NCBI GenBank assembly: GCA_041497895.1 | Contig: JBGQHJ010000171.1 | Location: 1 to 9,879 of the forward strand | Origin: Candidatus Methylomirabilia bacterium | GTDB lineage: Bacteria > Methylomirabilota > Methylomirabilia > Rokubacteriales > CSP1-6 | DNA length: 9,879 bases | Direction: 5' to 3' | In this document: positions 1 to 6,346 of the stretch, piece after piece | Layout: each line of letters opens with the position of its first letter | Position numbering within the stretch: position 1 is the first letter of the stretch | Position numbers and translations under genes: made by a program | Notes under the pieces: generated by a model | The model's database searches: none | Told to the model about the DNA's origin: nothing | Seen by the model: the letters and a program-made list of their open reading frames with translations, nothing else

Positions 1-1
1 C

Positions 2-814
2 TACGTCGATCACCTCCAGCGCGTGCCGTGGGTCGCGGGCAAAGCGCCCTCGACGGCCGCGCCCGTGGTGCCCCACGCCGACGCGGCGGAGCGGCTGATG
101 GCGGAGACGCCGTCGCGCCTCTCCTCGGACACTCACATGATCGGCGTGCTGCTCGCGCCCCCGCTCAAGCACACCGCGCTCGACCGCATCGAGCTGGTGG
201 CGCTCGACGAGGAGCGGGCCCTTGCGGTCCTCGTCACCGAGACCGGCTGGGTGACCGCCCGCCCTCTGACCGTGTCGCCCCGCGGGGGCGGCGAGGAGCT
301 GCGCGAGACCGGCCGGGCCCTGACCCGGCGGTTCCGCGGCAAGACGTTCCAGGAGATCCTCGACGAGCTGGCCGCGCCCGCGGATCCACTCGATCCGCTG
401 TGGACGCGGAGCCGTGGGCTGCTCGAGGAGGTCGTGGCCCTGCTGCGCGACCGGACCCTCTACGTGAGCGGCGCCACCAACATGCTCGACCACCCCGACC
501 TCTCGGACACCGCCACCCTGCGGTCGATGCTGCGGGCCTTCGAGGACAAGGTCCGGCTCGTCGACCTGCTCTCCCGCATGGCCGAGGAGCGCGGGTTGCA
601 CGTCGTGATCGGCAGCGAGAACCCGGTCGAGGACATGCGCGGATGCAGCCTGATCACCTCCACCTACACCTACCGCGACCAGGTCCTGGGGGTGCTGGGG
701 GTGGTGGGACCCCGACGCATGCCGTACTCCGAGGTCATGGCAGTCGTCGACGAGACGGCGCGCATCGTCTCGAGCTCGCTCTCCCGGGTGCGCCAGCAGC
801 TCTACCTGCCGTAG
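2..814 (+). CDS. hrcA: Heat-inducible transcription repressor HrcA (5'-truncated by window edge)
   Basis: Frame is open from base 2 (YVDHL..., the motif that follows the HrcA HTH). C-terminal HrcA motifs are present: G(A)TNMLDHPD, VVIGSEN, CSLITSTY, GVLGVVGPRRMPY. Lies directly upstream of grpE. Stop TAG 812-814. Confidence 0.93.
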   Translation, partial: YVDHLQRVPWVAGKAPSTAAPVVPHADAAERLMAETPSRLSSDTHMIGVLLAPPLKHTALDRIELVALDEERALAVLVTETGWVTARPLTVSPRGGGEELRETGRALTRRFRGKTFQEILDELAAPADPLDPLWTRSRGLLEEVVALLRDRTLYVSGATNMLDHPDLSDTATLRSMLRAFEDKVRLVDLLSRMAEERGLHVVIGSENPVEDMRGCSLITSTYTYRDQVLGVLGVVGPRRMPYSEVMAVVDETARIVSSSLSRVRQQLYLP

Positions 815-839
815 CCCTCCCCCGCCACCCTGGCCCCCC
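815..839 (-). other. C-tract cluster; G-quadruplex consensus on the - strand (or C-rich Rho utilisation site on the mRNA)
   Basis: CCC(815-817) T CCCCC(819-823) GCCA CCC(828-830) TGG CCCCCC(834-839); - strand reads GGGGGG-CCA-GGG-TGGC-GGGGG-A-GGG. Function is inferred. Confidence 0.35.
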
Positions 840-868
840 GAGGCGTGCCGGAGCCCCGGCGGGCCGTC

Positions 869-877
869 TGCTATAAT
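869..877 (+). promoter_or_regulatory. Extended -10 sigma70-type promoter element (TGnTATAAT) for grpE
   Basis: TG(869-870)-C-TATAAT(872-877), a perfect consensus in GC-rich DNA, 11 nt before the grpE ATG. No recognisable -35 element or Shine-Dalgarno. Confidence 0.7.
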
Positions 878-888
878 TACCTTCTGCC

Positions 889-1431
889 ATGGCTGATTCC
901 TTCTACGACGGGCCGATCGCGGACGACAGGGGCGAGGAGAACCAGCGTCTCCGGGAGGCCCTCGAGGCCAAGACCCGGGAGCTCGAAGCCCAGCAGGACC
1001 GTTATCTTCGAACCGTCGCCGAGTTCGACAACGTGCGCAAGCGCGCGGCCCGGGAACGGGAAGAGTACACGCGCTACGCCAACGAGTCGGTGCTGCGCGA
1101 TCTCCTGCCGGTGCTCGACAATCTCGACCGGGCGCTGCTGGCGGCCCGCTCGGAGCCGGCGGCCGCGGTCACGACCGGGGTGGAGCTGATCCAGCGGGAG
1201 CTGCTGCGCGTGCTCGAGAAGTTCGGCCTCACCCCGTTCAGCTCGGTGGGGCAGCCGTTCGATCCCGAGCGGCACGAGGCGGTGGCCCGGGTGCAGCGTC
1301 CGGACCTGCCGGAGATGACCGTCGCGGACGAAACCGGGCGCGGCTACCTGCTCAACGGCCGCGTCCTGCGCCCGGCGATGGTCACGGTGGCGATGGCGCC
1401 GGACGAGCGGGACCAGGCGGCCGACTCGTAG
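889..1431 (+). CDS. grpE: Nucleotide exchange factor GrpE (180 aa)
   Basis: Motifs YLRTVAEFDNVRKR, LLPVLDNLDRAL, GQPFDPERHEAV, GYLLNGRVLRPAMVTV; position between hrcA and dnaJ. Confidence 0.97.
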   Translation: MADSFYDGPIADDRGEENQRLREALEAKTRELEAQQDRYLRTVAEFDNVRKRAAREREEYTRYANESVLRDLLPVLDNLDRALLAARSEPAAAVTTGVELIQRELLRVLEKFGLTPFSSVGQPFDPERHEAVARVQRPDLPEMTVADETGRGYLLNGRVLRPAMVTVAMAPDERDQAADS

Positions 1432-1432
1432 C

Positions 1433-2524
1433 GTGGCGGCCAAGGACTACTACGGGGTCCTCGGGGTCCCCCGCGACGCCGACGACGCGGCGCTGAAGAA
1501 GGCCTACCGCAACCTCGCCCGCGCCTATCACCCCGACCGCAACCCGGGGGACAAGAAGTCCGAGGATCGCTTCAAGGAGATCAGCGAGGCCTACGGTGTC
1601 CTCTCCGACCCGGAGAAGCGGGCCCAGTACGACCGCTTCGGGACGATCGGAGGCGGGATGGGCGAACCCGGATTTGGGACCATCTTCGAGGACCTGTTCG
1701 AGGGATTCTTCGGCAGCGGCGACCGCGGGCGCGCGCGCAACCGAGCGCGCCGGGGCGACGATCTCCGCTACGACCTCGAGATCTCGCTCGAGGAGGCGGC
1801 CCAGGGGATCGAGACGAAGCTGCAGGTCCCCCGCCTCGAGGCCTGCGAGACCTGCCGCGGCTCGGGCGTCGAGCCGGGCAGCCACCCCGAGACCTGCGCC
1901 ACCTGTCGCGGCCAGGGCCAGGTGCGCTTCTCCCAGGGCTTCCTCACGGTGGCCCGCCCGTGCCCACAATGCCACGGCGAGGGCCGGATCATCCGGAATC
2001 CCTGCGCGGCGTGCCGGGGCCAGGGCCGCATCTCGCGCGAGCGGCTGCTCAAGGTCACCATCCCGGCGGGCGTGGAGCACGGCAACCAGCTCCGCCTGAG
2101 CGGAGAAGGCGAGAGCGGGCTCCTGGGAGGCTCTCCCGGCGATCTCTACGTGGTGCTGCATCTGCGCCCGCACGAGATCTTCGTGCGCGACGGCGCGCAC
2201 CTCGTCTGCGAGCTCCCGCTCACCTTCGCGCAGGTGGCGCTGGGAGACGAGATCGAGGTCCCGGTGCTGGACGGCACCGCGCGCCTGAAAATCCCGGCCG
2301 GGACCCAGCCGGGCCAGCGGCTCCTGCTCAAGGGCAAGGGCATGCCCCACCTGCGCGGGCGGGGCCGGGGCGACGCGGTCTACGAGGTCATCGTCGAGGT
2401 GCCGACTCGCCTGACCGCCCGCCAGCGCGAGCTGCTGGAGGAGTTCCGCGGCGCCCACGACGGCGATTCGAGCCCGCGCGTGTCCAAGTTCCTCGAGCGG
2501 ATGAAGCAGCTGTTCGGCAGTTGA
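1433..2524 (+). CDS. dnaJ: Chaperone DnaJ, class A (363 aa, GTG start)
   Basis: J domain (KDYYGVLGV...YHPDRN...RFKEISEAY), short G/F region, four CxxCxGxG zinc repeats (CETCRGSG, CATCRGQG, CPQCHGEG, CAACRGQG) and C-terminal IPAGV/GDLYV/IPAGTQPG motifs. Confidence 0.98.
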   Translation: MAAKDYYGVLGVPRDADDAALKKAYRNLARAYHPDRNPGDKKSEDRFKEISEAYGVLSDPEKRAQYDRFGTIGGGMGEPGFGTIFEDLFEGFFGSGDRGRARNRARRGDDLRYDLEISLEEAAQGIETKLQVPRLEACETCRGSGVEPGSHPETCATCRGQGQVRFSQGFLTVARPCPQCHGEGRIIRNPCAACRGQGRISRERLLKVTIPAGVEHGNQLRLSGEGESGLLGGSPGDLYVVLHLRPHEIFVRDGAHLVCELPLTFAQVALGDEIEVPVLDGTARLKIPAGTQPGQRLLLKGKGMPHLRGRGRGDAVYEVIVEVPTRLTARQRELLEEFRGAHDGDSSPRVSKFLERMKQLFGS

Positions 2525-3414
2525 TGGCGTTCTGGCAGCTCACCGTTCCCGCCGCCGCCGAGACCTCCGACGCGCTGACCAACTTCCTCTGGGAGCAGGG
2601 CGCCCTGGGCGTCGTCGAGGAGGAGGCCCCCGGAATCCCGCCGCGCCTGCGCGCCTTCTTCGCCGAGTCGAAGTCGTCCACCGCGCTCCTGGCCGCGGTG
2701 GCCGCCTACCGCGCCTCGCTCCGCGCGCTCGGCTTCTCGCAGGCCGGTGACGCCGAGATCGCGCCGCTGCTCGACGAGGCGTGGGCGAGCGCCTGGCAGC
2801 AGTCCTTCCCCGCCCGGCTCGTGGGGCGCCGGCTGCGGGTCCTGCCGCCCTGGCTCGACGGCGCGGAGCCCGGGATCGCGCCGGGCGCCGACGACCGGGT
2901 GACCGTGGTCATCGAGCCGGGGCGCGCGTTCGGTACCGGTCACCACGGCACCACCGAGGGGTGCCTCGTCCTCCTCGAGGAGGCCCTCGCCGCCGCGCCC
3001 GGCGCCGCGGTGCTGGACATCGGGACCGGGACCGGCATCCTGGCCATCGCGGCGCTCCGGCTCGGGGCGCGGTCGGTGCTCGGCATCGACGTGGACCCCG
3101 ACGCGATCGCGGCCACCACGGTCAACGCGGAGCGGAACGGCTGCCGCGGTCTCAGCGCGCGGCTGGCCGAGCCCCAGGACGTCTCCGAGCCGGTGCCGAT
3201 CGTGCTGGCCAACCTGCTCACCCACACCCACCTGGCGCTGGCCTCCCACTACGCGCGTCTGGTGACGCCGGGTGGACAGCTCGTGCTGGGCGGCATGCTC
3301 GACAACGAGGACGACCGGGTCAGCGAGGCGCTGGCCACCAGGGGCTTCGAGCGCCGATCGCGCCTGGCCCTCGAGGGCTGGGCCTCGCTGCGCCTGGCCG
3401 CGCCGACGCGGTGA
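2524..3414 (+). CDS. prmA: Ribosomal protein L11 methyltransferase PrmA (296 aa)
   Basis: ATG 2524 overlaps the dnaJ stop (TGATG). Motifs IEPGRAFGTGHHGTT, SAM-binding VLDIGTGTGILAIAA, DVDPDA, VLANL. The ORF-track start at 1960 is an over-extension. Confidence 0.93.
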   Translation: MAFWQLTVPAAAETSDALTNFLWEQGALGVVEEEAPGIPPRLRAFFAESKSSTALLAAVAAYRASLRALGFSQAGDAEIAPLLDEAWASAWQQSFPARLVGRRLRVLPPWLDGAEPGIAPGADDRVTVVIEPGRAFGTGHHGTTEGCLVLLEEALAAAPGAAVLDIGTGTGILAIAALRLGARSVLGIDVDPDAIAATTVNAERNGCRGLSARLAEPQDVSEPVPIVLANLLTHTHLALASHYARLVTPGGQLVLGGMLDNEDDRVSEALATRGFERRSRLALEGWASLRLAAPTR

Positions 3415-4151
3415 CCCGGTTCCATCTGGCCCCGGGCGCGGTCCAGGGAGACCGCGTGACCTTCGACGCCGCCGCTGCGCACCACCTGGGCCGGGTCCTG
3501 CGCGCCGCGGTGGGCGACCTGGTCCAGGCGGTGGATCCTCACGGCGAGCTCCTGTCCGTACGGCTCACCGCCATCGCACCCCGGCGGGCCGAGGGCCTCG
3601 TCGTCGCCCGGGCCCGGCTCGATACCGAGTCGCCGCTGCGCCTGACGCTGGCGCAGGCCGTGCCCAAGGGCGACAAGATGGAGGGCATCGTCCGCATGAC
3701 CACCGAGCTCGGCGTCACCCGCGTCATCCCCCTGTTGACCGAGCGCGGGGTGATCCGGCTCGAGCCCGACCGCTGGAGATCGCGACTCGCCCGCTGGCAG
3801 CGGGTGGCCCGCGAGGCCGCCCAGCAGAGCGGCCGGGCCGCGGTGCCCGAGATCGCGCCGCCCCGCGCGCTCTCGGGCTGGCGTCCCGACCCGGAGGGCG
3901 ATGGCCTGCTCATCTGCCTGTGGGAAGACGAGCCGCGCGGGCTGTCCGGCCTGCTGCCCCCCGGGCCGTGCCAGGCCGTCACCGTGATCGTGGGACCGGA
4001 GGGCGGCCTCAGCGCGGAGGAGGTCCGCGGCCTCGCGGAGGCCGGCGCGCTCATCGCGGGCCTGGGCCCGCGCGTCCTGCGGACGGAGACCGCGGGCGCG
4101 GTGGCGGTGGCGCTCCTGCAGGCCCGCTACGGAGACCTGGGGCGCGCCTGA
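3411..4151 (+). CDS. rsmE: 16S rRNA m3U1498 methyltransferase RsmE (SPOUT; 246 aa, GTG start)
   Basis: GTG 3411 overlaps the prmA stop (GTGA). Motifs HHLGRVLR, KGDKMEGIVRMTTELGV, EAAQQSGR, IVGPEGGLS, LGPRVLRTETA; canonical dnaJ-prmA-rsmE synteny. Confidence 0.95.
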   Translation: MTRFHLAPGAVQGDRVTFDAAAAHHLGRVLRAAVGDLVQAVDPHGELLSVRLTAIAPRRAEGLVVARARLDTESPLRLTLAQAVPKGDKMEGIVRMTTELGVTRVIPLLTERGVIRLEPDRWRSRLARWQRVAREAAQQSGRAAVPEIAPPRALSGWRPDPEGDGLLICLWEDEPRGLSGLLPPGPCQAVTVIVGPEGGLSAEEVRGLAEAGALIAGLGPRVLRTETAGAVAVALLQARYGDLGRA

Positions 4152-4153
4152 CC

Positions 4154-4558
4154 GTGGAGCTGACCGCGACGGGCGCCACGCTCTCCGAGGCCTTCGCCCG
4201 CATCGCCCTCGCCCTCTTCGCCGCCGCCGTCGATCCGGCCACCGTCGGTGACGGCGACACCCGCGAGGTGCGCGCCCATGGTGTCGGCCCCTCCGCCCTG
4301 CTCCAGGCGTGGCTGCAGGAGTGCCTGTACGTGCACGAGGTGGAGGGGTTCGCCTGCCGGGCGATCGAGTTCGCGGTGTTCGAGACCACGCCGGCGGCCG
4401 GAGGCGAGGCGCTCCGCCTGCACGCCATCCTGCGGGGCGAGGAGATCGATCCCTCCCGCCACCCGATCCGGACCGCCATCCGCAACGTCTCGGGCCGCGG
4501 GCTCGCGGTCGAGAACGAGGCCATCGGCTTTCGCGTGAGGGCGATCCTGGATGTGTAG
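4154..4558 (+). CDS. Archease-like protein (SHS2 fold), apparently degenerate (~134 aa; start GTG 4154 or CTG 4148)
   Basis: Pattern G-x-TLSEAF...ALALF...LLQAWLQECLY...LRGEEIDPSRH...ILDV-stop matches the archease family layout. The N-terminal (D/E)HTAD and the KAxTYH motifs are absent. Start codon uncertain. Confidence 0.75.
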   Translation: MELTATGATLSEAFARIALALFAAAVDPATVGDGDTREVRAHGVGPSALLQAWLQECLYVHEVEGFACRAIEFAVFETTPAAGGEALRLHAILRGEEIDPSRHPIRTAIRNVSGRGLAVENEAIGFRVRAILDV

Positions 4559-4559
4559 T

Positions 4560-4609
4560 GTTGCGAAACTGACACAGCGCAAAGTCCGGGGGTGTGTCTT
4601 TCTTGCAAC
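4560..4609. promoter_or_regulatory. Putative upstream activator sequences (paired inverted sites) for a sigma54 enhancer-binding protein
   Basis: GTTGC-N6-GACACA (4560-4576) and its inverted copy TGTGTC-N6-GCAAC (4593-4609), centres 33 bp apart, about -152 to -103 from the predicted sigma54 TSS. Confidence 0.55.
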
Positions 4610-4655
4610 GAATTACATAGCGTCGGCCTTGCGCTCTGGCCATAAATGACCAACA

Positions 4656-4668
4656 AAACAATTACTTA
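4656..4668 (+). promoter_or_regulatory. IHF-like binding site
   Basis: AAACAA-TTAC-TTA versus consensus WATCAA-N4-TTR (one mismatch), within a 30% GC tract (4641-4680), at about -56 to -44, between the putative UAS and the -24/-12 element. Confidence 0.55.
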
Positions 4669-4685
4669 TCTATCTGTGTGCCCAG

Positions 4686-4701
4686 TGGCATCTGGCTTGC
4701 C
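4686..4701 (+). promoter_or_regulatory. Sigma54 (RpoN) -24/-12 promoter of lpxC
   Basis: TGGCAT-CTGGC-TTGCC versus consensus TGGCAC-N5-TTGCW. GG(4687-4688) and GC(4699-4700) are exactly 10 nt apart. Predicted TSS ~4712. Confidence 0.8.
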
Positions 4702-4717
4702 TACTATAGCCACGGCT

Positions 4718-5638
4718 ATGGATCTCCAGCAGACCCTGAGACAGCCGGTCACCCTCTCCGGGATCGGTCTCCATTCGGGTGAGCCGGCCGACATGACGGT
4801 CTCTCCGGCCGGGGCCGACACGGGCATCCTGTTCCGCGCCGCCGACGGCACGCTAATCCCCGCCAATGCCGACCACGTGGTGGACACGAACTCCGCGACC
4901 ACCGTCGGCGCCTTTGGCGTGCGGGTCCGGACCATCGAGCACCTCATGGCGGCGGCCGCGGCTCTCGGCATCGACAACGCGGTGGTGGACATCCGAGGCC
5001 CGGAAGTGCCGGCGGCCGACGGGAGCGCCAAGCCGTTCGTGGACCTGCTGCGCTCGGGGGGACGCGTCACCCTACCCGCGCCGCGCCGTCCGATCGTGGT
5101 GACCGCGCCGATTCGCGTGGGGACCGAGAGCCGCTGGCTCGAGGTGCTGCCGGCGGACTCGCTGCGGGTCAGCTACACGCTCGACAACAACCACCCGGTC
5201 ATCGGGCTGCAGGCGGGCACCTACGGGATCACCGAGGACGTGTTCGCCCAGGAGCTGGCCGCGGCGCGGACCTACGGGTTCCTGCGCGACGTGCCCGCGA
5301 TGCGGCAGAACGGCTTGGCCCGGGGCGGCTCGCTGGAGAACGCGGTCGTGGTAGGCAAGCGCTCGGTCCTGAACGAGAGCCTGCGCTACCCGGACGAGTT
5401 CGTGCGCCACAAGATCCTCGACCTGGTCGGGGACCTGTTCCTGCTGGGGCGCCCGCTGCGGGCGCTGGTGGTGGGGCGCAATGCCGGCCACGCCCTGAAC
5501 TACCAGCTGGTGGCGGCGATCCAGAAGGCGGTCGCCGCGGACCGGCGCCGCGTCGTCGCGCGGGTCATCCGGCCCGCCGCTCCCGCGCCGGTGATCAGCA
5601 CCGGTGACGGCTTCCTCCCGGGTGTGGCGGCCCTCTAG
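4718..5638 (+). CDS. lpxC: UDP-3-O-acyl-N-acetylglucosamine deacetylase LpxC (306 aa)
   Basis: Motifs QQTL...GIGLHSG, TIEHLMAA, EVPAADGSA, ARTYGF, GGSLENAVV, zinc-binding FVRHKILDLVGDL, GHALN. ATG 4718 matches the family N-terminus; the ORF-track ATG 4646 lies upstream of the promoter. Confidence 0.96.
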   Translation: MDLQQTLRQPVTLSGIGLHSGEPADMTVSPAGADTGILFRAADGTLIPANADHVVDTNSATTVGAFGVRVRTIEHLMAAAAALGIDNAVVDIRGPEVPAADGSAKPFVDLLRSGGRVTLPAPRRPIVVTAPIRVGTESRWLEVLPADSLRVSYTLDNNHPVIGLQAGTYGITEDVFAQELAAARTYGFLRDVPAMRQNGLARGGSLENAVVVGKRSVLNESLRYPDEFVRHKILDLVGDLFLLGRPLRALVVGRNAGHALNYQLVAAIQKAVAADRRRVVARVIRPAAPAPVISTGDGFLPGVAAL

Positions 5639-5657
5639 GCCGCCGGCCCGCGTCGCG

Positions 5658-5681
5658 CCCTCGCTCCCAGGCCCCCGCCCC
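5658..5681 (-). other. C-tract cluster; G-quadruplex consensus on the - strand (or C-rich Rho utilisation site)
   Basis: CCC(5658-5660) TCGCT CCC(5666-5668) AGG CCCCC(5672-5676) G CCCC(5678-5681), flanked by the 9-bp inverted repeat GCCGGCCCG(5642-5650)/CGGGCCGGC(5692-5700). Confidence 0.35.
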
Positions 5682-5731
5682 TCCGGCTCGCCGGGCCGGC
5701 TCCGAACCCGCGTCCCCGCTGGGCCCGACGC

Positions 5732-5737
5732 TATAAT
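5732..5737 (+). promoter_or_regulatory. Sigma70-type -10 hexamer (TATAAT) for the DUF4390-ntrY-ntrX unit
   Basis: Perfect TATAAT 12 nt before ATG 5750 and 6 nt before in-frame TTG 5744. No Shine-Dalgarno and no clear -35. Confidence 0.6.
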
Positions 5738-5749
5738 GACGTCTTGGCC

Positions 5750-6346
5750 ATGGGAACCTGCCGCCGCCCGCTCGGGAAGGTCCTGCTCGGCGCGAGCCTG
5801 CTCGCCGGCCTCTTGCTCGGGCTGCCGTCCGGGCCCGCGCCGGTGGGCGCCGAGGTCCGGATCAGCAACCTGTCCGTCTTCCTCAACGACTACGACGTCA
5901 CGGTCACGGTGGTGCTCTTCGGCGCGGTACCCGACGCGCTGCACGAGTCCATCCACACCGGCATCGCGGCCCACGTACGCTACTACGTCGAGCTGTGGCA
6001 GTACACCCGCTGGGGCGTGGACCGGCGTCTGCAGGCGCGCACGGTGGAGCGCCAGCTCACCTACAACGTGCTGACCAAGGAATATAAGGTCGCCGCGCTC
6101 AAGGGTGAGACGCGCGAGCCGATCCTCACCAAGGACCTGCGCGAGGCCCAGCGCGTGATCTCCGAGCTGCGGGTGGGCCAGCTCGCCCCGGTGGCCGCGC
6201 TCGACAAGCAGGAGCTCTACTACGTCCGGGTGCGCTCGGACGTGTCGCTCGGCGGCGTCAACTCGTGGTTCGCCCGCATGACCGGCGAGGCGGAGGAGAC
6301 GCCGTGGGTGCAGTCGGGCCTCCTCACCCCGGTGCGCAACCAGTGA
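5750..6346 (+). CDS. Exported/periplasmic DUF4390-like protein (198 aa; alternative TTG start 5744)
   Basis: Signal-peptide-like N-terminus (RRPLGKVLLGASLLAGLLLGLP...VGA|EV). Pattern 'L..SIHTGI...YYVEL...RQLTYNVLTKEY' resembles DUF4390, a family known to precede ntrY-like kinases. Stop overlaps the kinase start (TGATG). Confidence 0.75.
   Translation: MGTCRRPLGKVLLGASLLAGLLLGLPSGPAPVGAEVRISNLSVFLNDYDVTVTVVLFGAVPDALHESIHTGIAAHVRYYVELWQYTRWGVDRRLQARTVERQLTYNVLTKEYKVAALKGETREPILTKDLREAQRVISELRVGQLAPVAALDKQELYYVRVRSDVSLGGVNSWFARMTGEAEETPWVQSGLLTPVRNQ

Noticed and set aside
815..888. CIRCE operator for HrcA
   Set aside because: No TTAGCACTC-N9-GAGTGCTAA-like repeat here or noticed elsewhere in the window; it would be expected upstream of hrcA, outside the window.
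1960..4153. Long ORF-track versions of prmA (from 1960), rsmE (from 2781) and archease (from 3272), suggesting fusions or overlapping genes
   Set aside because: The extensions are Arg/Pro/Gly-rich off-frame reads of the upstream genes. Real starts fall at stop/start junctions (2524, 3411, ~4154).
4561..4610. c-di-GMP-I riboswitch-like words (GCGAAAC...CGCAAAG.CCGG)
   Set aside because: The required stem with GNRA loop and the tetraloop-receptor stem cannot be built, and the region lies upstream of the predicted TSS. An Rfam cmscan would settle it.
4553..4618. Intrinsic terminator after the archease-like gene
   Set aside because: The inverted repeat has mismatched cores and a 16-nt loop with only a short TTTCTT after the inner stem; it fits paired DNA sites better. 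Not fully excluded.
4646..4717. N-terminal extension of LpxC from ATG 4646 (ORF track, 330 aa)
   Set aside because: It runs through the AT-rich IHF/-24/-12 promoter and lacks LpxC similarity; the family N-terminus matches ATG 4718.
6080..6090. TATAAG inside the DUF4390-like gene as an internal promoter for the kinase
   Set aside because: Explained by codons GAA-TAT-AAG (EYK); lacks the final conserved T and a -35 element.
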